DNA of 64,000 nucleotides from a virus: positions 3,551-67,550 of the IMG/VR virus record IMGVR_UViG_3300037540_000302; one strand, 5' to 3'. A model generated the notes under the pieces. It was not told where the DNA came from. It made no database searches and saw only the letters and a list, made by a program, of their open reading frames with translations. The translations under genes and the position numbers were made by a program. The stretch's first letter is position 1. The number at the start of each line of letters is the position of its first letter. This document shows, in pieces, positions 54,787-64,000 of this stretch.

Positions 54787-55586
54787 TTATCGCCTTCTGA
54801 CTTTTGATCTCATTTTAGCTTTCATTTCATCTTGTTTTCGTTTTTCAGCTATTCTTTTATAGTCTATATTCTTTATGGTTTGATCTATCATTGCTAATTT
54901 TCTTATGAATTCATTTCTATAGATTTCGGGAAATTCTAATTCATTAATCATTCGAGGTAAAAATCCATTCTCTTTAGTAAACGAATTAACATTATTAACA
55001 TAAAAAATATATGTAAATTGATTTGCAATTGTAAGCTCTTCAAATACTTCCTTAATTTTTGATTCCCAACTTTTGTAATAATCTTCCCATAAATCAAGGA
55101 AGTCTTTCAGTTTTTTGAATCACCTTCACAATAATTTTCAGTTGTGCTTGCGCAGTCATAAAGCCAATAATGTAAAACAACCCATTGCTCATTCCCATCT
55201 TCATCAACTTCAATGGTTCCATCGCCGTTCATTTTGGGGAATAATTTTTTACTCCACAGGCTATCAAGTAAAATTTCTAAATTTTTTCTATTGAATTCAA
55301 GTTCTTTTTTAGTTTGAAAATCTCTTATTCCAGCATATCCTTTAATTTTTATTAAAAGTAAATCTTTTAATCTTTCATAATATACTAAAGAATCTGTTTC
55401 CTGTGCATTTCTTTTACCATCCTTTATAACAATTTTTCCATTCGTAATTGTTTTAGAACAGCCCGCAGCAAGACGCAAATTTTCTTTTGCTGTTATTGGC
55501 TCAATCATAAATGATATTTCTGGTTTTGATTCGGGCATCACAAACTTTTTGGCTTTATTAAATTCAGTATTAACTATTAATTCCAT
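54787..55586 (-). CDS. Tail assembly chaperone pair (G 55586-55107; GT extension via -1 frameshift to 54787)
   Basis: Slippery A-AAA-AAC (55116-55110) just before TGA; -1 frame hand-translated open to the TAA at 54789-54787, next to the tape measure ATG. Confidence 0.85.
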
Positions 55587-55603
55587 ATATTTTCACCTCC
55601 TTT

Positions 55604-56656
55604 TTAAGTTTCTGTGACCGCTGGATAACCGGATAATGTTGACAACTCATTATACCAGACACAATAAGGTACTTTATAATCCATACTTGCAGTACCATCT
55701 TTATCCCATTGAGACATGAATATAGCGGTTGTTGGTTCTGGGGTTTCTTGATCATAAACGGGAGCTTCCATCAAATATAATTGAGGGAATGAAAATGTCA
55801 ATTGATAAGGAGTTGCACCTGTTATAATTGGGCCGATCATATCAATTGTCATTTTATAAATTTCTCCGGTTTGGTATTCAGCAAGAAATCCTCTATTCTG
55901 TGCAGTTTTTTTGGGATATTCAAGTGTTGGTGCAAATATATATTGGGTGTTATCAATCACATCTGAAACATAAGCTGTTCCAACAATCGGGGGAACGCTT
56001 GTATAGCCACGTTCTAATGATAAGCCATAGGCAGATACATCTTGGTCATCGCTTACGCTTAATGCACCTGCATCTTGTTCATTAATTCTAACTGTTGTAT
56101 TTTCATTCAAGAAACACGCAATTCTTGGGTCGGCGGTCACGCTTAATGGGGTTGCAAATCCTGATTTATATTGAAGTATATTCCCGATATAACTTGTAGT
56201 ATGCTTATATACCTGGTCTAATGCGATTACGAAGCTATTGAATTTAGCTGAATCGGTCGCCTTGACCTGGGCACCTTCATCATATGCAATTGTATGGAAA
56301 ATATCTGTTGACAAAATTCTTTGGCCAACAAACTCATGTTTATTTACACCCGCAACCGGGTCATCAACTGTAAATGCATAACTACCAAAAATACTTGCAA
56401 GTATTTCCATCAATTTGGTTTGAGCAACGTATATTTTGCCATCAAATCCTCCTGTCTGTTCTGGAAAATCAGCAAGACATAATTGAGATTCAAGCCCTTC
56501 GCCATATTCTTCTGCACTTGTAACCAGGTTACGTTCACCTGTAGGCGGGGAATTGTTTTCAACTGGAAGTTGATCTCCTGTGCTTGGTTCGACTGCCGTT
56601 CCCCATGTAGAACCCTTTACAAAAGCTATAACATTTTGCCTTTTTATAACACTCAT
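55604..56656 (-). CDS. Major tail tube protein
   Basis: TWGTAV N-terminus, Y.LTF.FP.L; upstream of the chaperone; no sheath gene. Confidence 0.75.
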   Translation of the reverse strand: MSVIKRQNVIAFVKGSTWGTAVEPSTGDQLPVENNSPPTGERNLVTSAEEYGEGLESQLCLADFPEQTGGFDGKIYVAQTKLMEILASIFGSYAFTVDDPVAGVNKHEFVGQRILSTDIFHTIAYDEGAQVKATDSAKFNSFVIALDQVYKHTTSYIGNILQYKSGFATPLSVTADPRIACFLNENTTVRINEQDAGALSVSDDQDVSAYGLSLERGYTSVPPIVGTAYVSDVIDNTQYIFAPTLEYPKKTAQNRGFLAEYQTGEIYKMTIDMIGPIITGATPYQLTFSFPQLYLMEAPVYDQETPEPTTAIFMSQWDKDGTASMDYKVPYCVWYNELSTLSGYPAVTET

Positions 56657-56899
56657 TCTATCACCTCTTCATCTAAAGAAATAAGTCCCACTTTACTATC
56701 GACCGTTTTTTTCTTGCCAGTTTTTCTAAGTCCTTCTTTAATTCTATCAATTCTATCCCGTTGTTTTTTTGTATATTTCTTTTTCCTTTTTTTTGAATCA
56801 GCTTTGGTTTCTGTCTTGATAAAGGGAGTTATTTCTTCTTCTTTTTTAATATAATCTTCTGCTATTTTTGCAGTTCCTAATTTGTTTATACTCATGTAA

Positions 56900-57376
56900 T
56901 CACCTCTCTTCTACTTGATACAACATACGAAAACCACCAGAGTTATTATAAAATTGATCTGGTATTCCTAATTGTATCGTACTTGTTGTGGGATTAAAAC
57001 TTTGCGCAGCAGCATGATAGCAATAATTAGGCAATTCAGTATCAAACATATACAAATCAAGTTTTAATTTAGCTTCATTTACTATATCAGCAATTGTTTT
57101 ATCACCTGTAGCTGTAACAGTATAAGTTCCAGCACCTTCTTTATCCCATCCATGCTTAAATACAAAAATGATAAATATATGATCTTGATCTTCATATCCA
57201 TGCCTATCCAGGATATTTGCACCTGAATATATTACAAGAATAAACGGATCTTTTCTACCTTTGAATTTAAAAGCTTCTGTTCTTTCATGAATCGGATATA
57301 CTTCATCATTGAGATATGGAAGTTCTGTCTTGAGCCTTTCGACTATTTCATTCATTATGTCGCCGTAATTGCTCAT
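56900..57376 (-). CDS. Tail terminator / completion protein
   Basis: 158 aa, I.ERLK..LP...P.ILV.Y.G; canonical position. Confidence 0.55.
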   Translation of the reverse strand: MSNYGDIMNEIVERLKTELPYLNDEVYPIHERTEAFKFKGRKDPFILVIYSGANILDRHGYEDQDHIFIIFVFKHGWDKEGAGTYTVTATGDKTIADIVNEAKLKLDLYMFDTELPNYCYHAAAQSFNPTTSTIQLGIPDQFYNNSGGFRMLYQVEER

Positions 57377-57870
57377 GTTTTCCTTTCAACTTCTTTTGTG
57401 ATAATAGGGGCGAGATTGTTAATTTCTTCAATTGCTTCATCTGAAATCCATGCAAATTCACGCGCCGGCACATCAATGTCAATTATGGTGCCATCCTCTT
57501 CAAGAATTTTGCCTTTACCGCCATCATTTTGTAATTCAGCTACATTTATACCGAAATATGCATCATATTTATTGAAAGCGACAATAGCATTTTTATTTGT
57601 AGTTTGATCTATATTCCCCGATTGTATTAATTGGCCTGTATCTTGAAGTGGTTTTGGAGAACCGCTTCCTCTTCCTTTTCTGCGCTTTTCAATAGTTATT
57701 TTTGCTAATGGTGGCCATGACATGCCGCTACTATCTTTTTCATCTCTGAAATGGTTTAATATATCGCCTAATGCAATATCAGCTATTTCACGATTTAATT
57801 CGATTCCAGTAATAATATCTTCAAATACATGAAGCGCGTCGTCAATTGTATTTTTCTGTATTTTTATCAT
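57373..57870 (-). CDS. Virion morphogenesis protein (Mu gpG / Phage_tail_S-like)
   Basis: F..E....G..W.PLA..TI..R, PLQDTG.L..S, VPAREF. Confidence 0.85.
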   Translation of the reverse strand: MIKIQKNTIDDALHVFEDIITGIELNREIADIALGDILNHFRDEKDSSGMSWPPLAKITIEKRRKGRGSGSPKPLQDTGQLIQSGNIDQTTNKNAIVAFNKYDAYFGINVAELQNDGGKGKILEEDGTIIDIDVPAREFAWISDEAIEEINNLAPIITKEVERKT

Positions 57871-58391
57871 GAGCTTCTCAGGAAACTTGAATCGCCGCAA
57901 TTGTCATTCCATGATTGATCTGGCCAATTATAAGGACGTTCAAGCGAATCGTATCCGCCCAAATCATCCGATTCGTAGGGATTATATTCTTTTGCACTTT
58001 TGGAATCTTTGATTTCAATATCTGGTATTTCTTTATCGCCGCTTGCTATTTCTTCTAATATCTTAGTGGCTTTCTGGCATAGCTCTTGCCGCCATTCAGG
58101 GCCGCCGGCTTCTGGAGTAAAAAATTGGCAAATTGCCTTAGCTCTTGCTATCCATTCTATTTTGTCGATATGATCTTGGTTTGTAAGAGGAACAGTGTAA
58201 CGCTGCCCGATATAACCATCTATTTCATTTGCTACAGTTTCAATTATTCTGTCAATTCTATCAGTATCAACCGTTGCTGGTATTATTGTTTTCCCATTTG
58301 AATCACTAACAGGAATGATTGTCAATAGTTCCCTCAGCGTTACATCATCCTCTATTTTCTGATACGTTGTATATGCTGGACTATGTGCCAT
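57867..58391 (-). CDS. Head-tail adaptor (Mu gp36 / DUF1320-like)
   Basis: EIDGYIG.RY.VPL and A.KILEEIASG. Confidence 0.85.
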   Translation of the reverse strand: MAHSPAYTTYQKIEDDVTLRELLTIIPVSDSNGKTIIPATVDTDRIDRIIETVANEIDGYIGQRYTVPLTNQDHIDKIEWIARAKAICQFFTPEAGGPEWRQELCQKATKILEEIASGDKEIPDIEIKDSKSAKEYNPYESDDLGGYDSLERPYNWPDQSWNDNCGDSSFLRSS

Positions 58392-58788
58392 TTCATGCTA
58401 CTTTACTTCATTATTTTGCTCTAGTCTTTGGAATCTTTAGTTTCTTTTCTGGCTCTTCTTTAACTTCTTTTTTGATTTCTATAGGTGGAACTAACACCTG
58501 TTTCGGTTTTACGATCCGGGGCAATTGCCAAAATTTAACAGGGAAAGCTTTATTAAGTCCTTCGTCCATTACTACAGGAAGCTTGTCTTTAAATGATTTC
58601 TTGTCAATATCAACTTCTTTTATAGCCAAAAAATCACTACCGATATCTGCTTCTATCACAACTTTGAAATTATCAGGGATTTCTTTCCAGTGAGCTTGGG
58701 TAAGTTTGATTTTATAATTTTCAAAATCATAATATTTTTCGTGTTGTATTTTACTTTTAACTCGTGCAATTAACATGCTTTCCTCCTA

Positions 58789-59712
58789 TTAATTTACGAC
58801 TTTAACTGCCGCTTCCCAATACCATGGATTGAACTGATAATGAGCATCCGCTCCATAATATATAGCATCTTTGAAAAAATCACTATCGCCTTGCGTATGC
58901 CACCTGGTAGTTAAGTCTTTGACAGTCATTAAGGCAAAGGGAGCCACTCCAATTCCTTCAATCAGTACATACCAATCATCTGTATTATTGGTACGTTGTG
59001 TACCCCACAGCATGGCTTCTTTGTACCAAAATCCTTCGGGTCGATCTGCTATAGTTTCAGTCGATTTACGCACGTGCTCAAAAACACTCCTGAAAACATC
59101 TTCATATTCGGAGGGGTAAATAATTGTGAATTTCATAAATTCAATATCTTCAAAAAGAGGATCCCCGCCACGCACAACCCAGCCTCGGATTGCATCTTTT
59201 ACGGATAACCAATCTGCAAGAATATTCGCCTCAGTCATTCCAGTTCCTGATACAAGATTTGAATTTGTATTCGTATCATCTCCAATTGGGTGAGCAACAT
59301 TAAAAAAAGTAACACCATCTGGCCCCAATGCAGTAGCATCGGTTAATAGATTAAAAAACAAACTTGTTCTATGCCTTGCAAATGTAGAAGCAAATTTTGA
59401 AATGTTACCTCTTTGCACATGCCTTTGATCTGGATCATTGAAGTTGTCTCTTTTGAATTCCGCTGCATTCTGCCATTTGTTACTTGTAATGGTATATGTT
59501 TTTTCACCCCATGAGTGAAGTTCACGCATACCTTTCCACTCAGTTACAGGTCCGACATCATTAGCCCAATTATATACAATTTCCTTTTTCCCATTGGTTG
59601 GAATATTAGTCGTAAATTTTATCCATCGCTGTTGATCTTTGATTTGGGTTTGCAACGTCTTGAAAAATGTTCGATTTAAGTCTCGCTGTACTTCTGTACT
59701 TACTATACTCAT
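58789..59712 (-). CDS. Major capsid protein (Mu gpT-like)
   Basis: YNW..D...V.EW.G.R, YTI....W, GPDG.TFF...HP, WY.L......PF, YYGAD. Confidence 0.92.
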   Translation of the reverse strand: MSIVSTEVQRDLNRTFFKTLQTQIKDQQRWIKFTTNIPTNGKKEIVYNWANDVGPVTEWKGMRELHSWGEKTYTITSNKWQNAAEFKRDNFNDPDQRHVQRGNISKFASTFARHRTSLFFNLLTDATALGPDGVTFFNVAHPIGDDTNTNSNLVSGTGMTEANILADWLSVKDAIRGWVVRGGDPLFEDIEFMKFTIIYPSEYEDVFRSVFEHVRKSTETIADRPEGFWYKEAMLWGTQRTNNTDDWYVLIEGIGVAPFALMTVKDLTTRWHTQGDSDFFKDAIYYGADAHYQFNPWYWEAAVKVVN

Positions 59713-59724
59713 TTTTTCCTCCTA

Positions 59725-60657
59725 TTAACCAGATCGCTGGTAGACAACAGCTACCCTATCAATCGTTGCCGCAAGGGCTGAGCCTGCCGATTCAATAACC
59801 GATGTTGATAATTTGATATTCAATATATCACCTGGAACCAGTCCTGTAGGCGTTACTACAAAGGTCGATTCTACATAAGTTGTCTTTTGCATTGCCTGTG
59901 CTGCGGTAGTTACCAAATCTGCACCAACTGCACCATCAGTCTGTTCATAAGCTGAAAAATCAATAGTTGATCCATTATTGGTGCCTGCGCCTGTCAATAC
60001 ATGATTTATTCGTATACCAATTGTGCCAGCTGCTAAATAGTTATAGGGAATACGATATTGATACCAGGATACAGAAACTTCCGTTTCGCTTATTGCCTCT
60101 TCACCATCAAGCGTAAGAGTATTGGTTCCTAAATTAAGAAAATGATCTCCAGGACTTTCTACAATCCCCATAGCTGCCATATCGGCTGCACGCCAGGAGT
60201 GTAATGGGATACCATCAACTGTAGTTGCTGAAACATTTGCAAGCATTTCCTCTGTAAGTACCCATATCCAGACAACAGTTGCACTATCTACACGCTTTAC
60301 AATACCGGCTTTTACTGAATTGCCAGGATCGGTTAGAGCGACTACGTCATCATTTACAACATAGACAATTTGTTCTCGCCATGCTTGGGTTGCACCGGAA
60401 GTTGAAAATTGGAATAAATCACCCACGTGGACATCAACTGTAATGGCTCCATTAGCGCCTGCCGAATTGTCTGCACCCGTTACTGAAACACCTGTAACTT
60501 TATGACCTGCCGTATTGGCAGCCGGCACAGTATAGCCAGTTGCATCAACGGCAGTCAATCCACCTTTATAAATTGTAGTAGAGGCTTTAACAAGGCCAGG
60601 ATTTTCAACTCCTAACCATTGCTCTTCACGCCGATTAAAATCTTCTGTTAATGGCAT
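59725..60657 (-). CDS. Capsid cement/decoration protein with C-terminal extension
   Basis: VKASTTIYKGG...D.TGY..PA, DNSAGANGA, VYV.NDD.V; lies between protease and capsid. Confidence 0.75.
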   Translation of the reverse strand: MPLTEDFNRREEQWLGVENPGLVKASTTIYKGGLTAVDATGYTVPAANTAGHKVTGVSVTGADNSAGANGAITVDVHVGDLFQFSTSGATQAWREQIVYVVNDDVVALTDPGNSVKAGIVKRVDSATVVWIWVLTEEMLANVSATTVDGIPLHSWRAADMAAMGIVESPGDHFLNLGTNTLTLDGEEAISETEVSVSWYQYRIPYNYLAAGTIGIRINHVLTGAGTNNGSTIDFSAYEQTDGAVGADLVTTAAQAMQKTTYVESTFVVTPTGLVPGDILNIKLSTSVIESAGSALAATIDRVAVVYQRSG

Positions 60658-60667
60658 GATTCACCCC

Positions 60668-61909
60668 CTACTGTTCCAACTCTTGAAGATATTTGTCGCC
60701 CATCGCCAAGGTATTGATGTTCAAGCCTACATTGCCCATTTTATCAGTATATTCAGAAACGATTTTTTCAAAATCGCTCCCACCTGTCATCTTTTCATCA
60801 ACGCCGAACTTAATGGGGCTTTGATCTTCGTAAAATTTTACCATTTCTTTATAAGCGTCTTCACTTTTCAATCGGATATCATAGAGAATTTTAAATTTAC
60901 CTGGTTTATCTCTCGGTTCAATACTATTACATGTATAGACAAATACAGCAACTTCCTTTTTTATTGTTTCTTCTTGCGATTTTGCAAATTCAACTTTTAG
61001 TTCCTCTTTTTCTTCCTTTAACTTTTCTACTTTTTTATTTAAGTCTACAATAGTTGTATCTTTTTCCGAAATTGTTTCTTTGAATAAGGCAATTTCATTA
61101 TCTTTAGCTTCAATCGTATCTGTCTTTGATTTTACTTCATCACCTATTTCTTTAATTTTTGCTGTGAATTTGGTTTCTTGATCGGCCATGTCCCTCTTGA
61201 AATCTCGACTGGCCTGCTCTACAGCATTTTTTTCTGCTAATTGTACATCAGCATTAGTTATGTCTGCCATTTTAACTTTCTCCTTTTCTTTAGATTTTAA
61301 ATTTTTATCCTGTACATTCACAGTCGAACCATCATTTTGATTCTTATTCTTTTGATAATCAACATTTAGATTATCAGGGCTATCAACATTTAGACCGTCC
61401 TCTTCTTTATATGTAAATTCAAATCCCTCGCCATTTTGAGAGAAAAGATTTATTCTTTTTATACTTTTTGCAATTTCACAATCAGTTCCATCTTCAAAAA
61501 TTGATAAATGATTTAGCTTAAGATTTTTAATTTGTGGCTTTTGCAATCCACATAATGCTATGTGTTTAATTTCAACTTTTTTACCATCTTTAGATTTATT
61601 GAGCCAAACTGATTTATGATCATATAATTTTTTTTCAAGTAATAGAGCGGCTTCTTTTAAAAATTCACCATTGCCGCTCCATTTACCATTTGGTTTTCGC
61701 CAAATTTCTTTTAAAAATCCTAATCGTGCTACATTTTTTTTATCATCTTCGTCATGCGCATCTTTTGAATTTAATATAATTGGTATATCAATGCCACTTT
61801 TTTTAAAATTTTCATATGCTTTTTCAAAATCTTCTTTTGTCCATTTCTCTTTTCCCAAAGCTGTATAATCACCTTCTTCAAAGAATTCAAGATCAATTAA
61901 TTTTTTCAT
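60668..61909 (-). CDS. Prohead protease / scaffold fusion (Mu gpI-like)
   Basis: H, LG, Y..KS and HIAL.G...P.IK.L protease motifs; acidic coiled-coil C-half with internal Met (MADIT). Confidence 0.85.
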   Translation of the reverse strand: MKKLIDLEFFEEGDYTALGKEKWTKEDFEKAYENFKKSGIDIPIILNSKDAHDEDDKKNVARLGFLKEIWRKPNGKWSGNGEFLKEAALLLEKKLYDHKSVWLNKSKDGKKVEIKHIALCGLQKPQIKNLKLNHLSIFEDGTDCEIAKSIKRINLFSQNGEGFEFTYKEEDGLNVDSPDNLNVDYQKNKNQNDGSTVNVQDKNLKSKEKEKVKMADITNADVQLAEKNAVEQASRDFKRDMADQETKFTAKIKEIGDEVKSKTDTIEAKDNEIALFKETISEKDTTIVDLNKKVEKLKEEKEELKVEFAKSQEETIKKEVAVFVYTCNSIEPRDKPGKFKILYDIRLKSEDAYKEMVKFYEDQSPIKFGVDEKMTGGSDFEKIVSEYTDKMGNVGLNINTLAMGDKYLQELEQ

Positions 61910-62151
61910 TATATAGCCTTATGTCCATGATCCCTAAGCCATTTTCTTATCATTTCCATAGTCCATTTCTTTTTTCTTTTATCAAATCTAAATGACTGAG
62001 TTGCGGTTGTTGTTTTTCCTTTAGGTCGCCCTATAATCGCAAATATGCCCTCTTCTGGATTTATTGGAATTCTCCGAAAGCTTCCTGGCTGAAAATCTCC
62101 TGGATTTTTAACCCTTGCTCGGAATTCGTTCGGCATCTCCTCTAATGGCAT
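61909..62151 (-). CDS. Conserved head-associated small protein
   Basis: PNE.RAR...P..F...SFRR...GI.AIIG..K...QS.RF....WT....RKWL..H pattern, which I recall from phage head loci. Confidence 0.65.
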   Translation of the reverse strand: MPLEEMPNEFRARVKNPGDFQPGSFRRIPINPEEGIFAIIGRPKGKTTTATQSFRFDKRKKKWTMEMIRKWLRDHGHKAI

Positions 62152-62195
62152 TGAAAACCTCTACAATTATCTATAAAATTCAAGTACATATTTAT

Positions 62196-62224
62196 TAAAT
62201 ACTACCTGTTTTTGAATCTGTCAA
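62196..62224 (-). promoter_or_regulatory. Promoter of the head-tail operon
   Basis: TTGACA-N17-TATTTA. Confidence 0.55.
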
Positions 62225-62267
62225 CTTTTGCATTGAAATCTAATTTAAAATTAAATGTATATTTTAC

Positions 62268-62296
62268 TTGAAATTTAAAAGGAATTATACTATTAT
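62268..62296 (+). promoter_or_regulatory. sigma70-type leaderless promoter of the RHH/tRNA cassette
   Basis: TTGAAA-N17-TATTAT-N5-ATG (62302). Confidence 0.75.
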
Positions 62297-62301
62297 ATGA
62301 T

Positions 62302-62493
62302 ATGCAATATAAAAAAGAAGAAGATAAGCTTAATAATTATATTACAGTGGGCTTTAATAAAAAACAACACTTTATCCTGGAGGGTTTGTCTAAAATAATT
62401 GGTATTGGAATAGCTTCCATTATAAGAGATGCTATAGATTTTAAGAAATTAGAAGAAGAATTAGAGGAAAAGCTAAAAGAAAAAAGGCAATAA
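62302..62493 (+). CDS. Ribbon-helix-helix (CopG-like) regulator
   Basis: YITVGF.......LE.LS...GI.IASIIRDAID. Confidence 0.65.
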   Translation: MQYKKEEDKLNNYITVGFNKKQHFILEGLSKIIGIGIASIIRDAIDFKKLEEELEEKLKEKRQ

Positions 62494-62504
62494 TTATAAA
62501 TGTA

Positions 62505-62599
62505 GGGCGTTATTGCTTTGTTATTGTAGGCAATAGTAATTATAGCTTATGGCGCCAATGGTTATAATTAGCCCGGTTCAATTCCGGGACGCCCGCCCA
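62505..62599 (+). ncRNA. tRNA-like RNA with elongated D and anticodon arms
   Basis: GGGCGT/ACGCCC acceptor, T-arm CCCGG-TTCAATT-CCGGG, 8-bp and 10-bp arms. Confidence 0.65.
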
Positions 62600-62603
62600 A
62601 TAT

Positions 62604-62676
62604 GGCTCCATAACTCAATTGGAAGAGTATCCGACTTTTAATCGGGCAGGTTTAGGTTCAAATCCTAATGGAGCCA
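62604..62676 (+). tRNA. tRNA-Lys(UUU)
   Basis: GGCTCCA/TGGAGCC-A, D-stem ACTC/GAGT, TCCGA-CTTTTAA-TCGGG, TTAGG-TTCAAAT-CCTAA; CCA not encoded. Confidence 0.95.
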
Positions 62677-63644
62677 GGAATTATAAAAAAATAAGGAGAT
62701 TAAAATGAAAAAAACAAAACAAACTTTACCAGATTTTGATACAGATATCCCCATGCCGAAAGTTGATCTATCGCCCCAAAATAATATGAAGATATTTAAA
62801 GCTGAAATATTTAATATACGTGGAACAGCTATTTTAAAAATATCTATACCGCTTGAAAATGTTGATTATTTTGAAATAGTAAAGGGTTCAGAAATTATGA
62901 ATATATATCTCAAAAGCGGTAAAGAGATAAGTATCTGTCCTTTAAACAATGAAGGTATACAAGAAATGTTTATCAAAGCTTATGAAGTATTTATAAATTA
63001 AAAGGATTGAAATGATATTTTACAAATGTGATAAATGCGGAGAAAAATTTAATGATATTTGGCATTTGAAATTCAGTAAATGGCATAATAATTTAGGCAA
63101 TTACGATGCAAGACTTGTTGAAATTGATATTTGTGAAGATTGCTTGTCTAAGGATATTGGGTTATCTACAATTCAAGATGAATTAAAAAAACAAAAACAG
63201 CCATGGAATATAATGCCCGATTCTATGGATAAGATTGTAGATGATAAAATATTGACAAAATGATAAAAAGAAAACTATTTCACAAAATCCTGATTAACAA
63301 TCGAATGATAGCCCGGTTTGATTAATTAATATCTTGATGGATTATGTTGAATGATTTTTCAAAACTCCCACCCTCAATACCAAAATAGTAATGATTTCTT
63401 GTATTTATATCATCAACAAGAACTAAATAGTCATTTTCTTTAACATCTTTCTTTATCCCATATTCCCTTTCGTGACTAAGTATTTTTAGCTTTTCAATAT
63501 TAAAATGAGTATTTTTATCTTTTACTTTCCAACATTTATAGCTAATCATATTGGAAAAAGGGAAAGTTCCTATTGTTTTAATAATGGCAATATCGGAATT
63601 ATTCATCTTTGTTTTGCTTGTTATTGTTAGCATTTTTTACTCCT

Positions 63645-64000
63645 TTATATGTTTATTTCAGCCGTTTTTTTAACAGCTTCTTTTTGTAATCTCTTATTTA
63701 AATTAAATAATGTATTTTTGCCTTGAAATTCTTCTGGTAAATCTCCTAATGCCTTTCTAAGCTTATCATTCATTTTTGTAGGCTGCAGCCCTCTTTTCTT
63801 AGCTCTAAAAATTGTTATAGGTACAGTGTAACATCTACAATTATAATCTAATGGTGGTGTAATGCCTGCCCATACGGAATCATTTTTCTTTGCCCTAAAT
63901 TCATCTAATGCAGAATGAGAATCTCTTGTTCTATCATCTATTATTGCTCGGAATTCAATCATTTCGATATTTCGATCTCTTCTAAAATTATCGAAACGTG
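63645..64000 (-). CDS. Head morphogenesis protein (Mu gpF / SPP1 gp7-like), C-terminal part
   Basis: FRAIIDDRTRDSH..LD......D.VW....PPLDYNCRC; frame open to the window edge. Confidence 0.9.
   Translation of the reverse strand, partial: RFDNFRRDRNIEMIEFRAIIDDRTRDSHSALDEFRAKKNDSVWAGITPPLDYNCRCYTVPITIFRAKKRGLQPTKMNDKLRKALGDLPEEFQGKNTLFNLNKRLQKEAVKKTAEINI

Noticed and set aside
51088-54807. Long plus-strand ORFs opposite the tape measure gene
   Set aside because: Ser/Phe/Leu-rich antisense shadows with no RBS or motifs
57373-61909. Transposable Mu-like phage
   Set aside because: Only head and neck genes are Mu-type; no MuA/MuB or sheath, and replication is initiator/loader type
1-64000. Stop-codon reassignment
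   Set aside because: terL, portal, capsid and tape measure are full length in the standard code; no suppressor tRNA

Overview
AT-rich (about 30% GC by eye) tailed-phage genome, probably nearly complete and circularly permuted: a head-morphogenesis (gpF-like) gene runs off the right edge and an ORF runs off the left edge. It has Mu-type head genes (DUF935 portal, gpF, protease/scaffold, cement, gpT capsid, gp36, gpG) and a non-contractile tail (tube, -1 frameshifted chaperone, tape measure, LamG and beta-helix proteins). It also has a lambdoid-style replication pair (DUF4373-type initiator plus DnaC-like loader), RusA, a Cas4-like exonuclease, a helicase and DNA methyltransferase, and many small unknown ORFs. 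I recognised no integrase, transposase, polymerase, RT or CRISPR array. The most unusual signals are: (1) an atypical tRNA-like RNA (6654-6741) complementary over about 33 nt to an attenuator-like leader of the hicB/replication operon 18.5 kb away; (2) an orphan Cys-rich double-glycine RiPP precursor between terS and terL; (3) a helically phased TTGACA/TGTCAA array with a perfect 16-bp palindrome inside a membrane-protein gene; (4) a second tRNA-like RNA with elongated arms next to tRNA-Lys; (5) at least seven leaderless sigma70 promoters, including those of terL and the portal; (6) a tandem array of GC-clamped stem-loops. All protein calls come from motif recognition by eye; no database searches were run.
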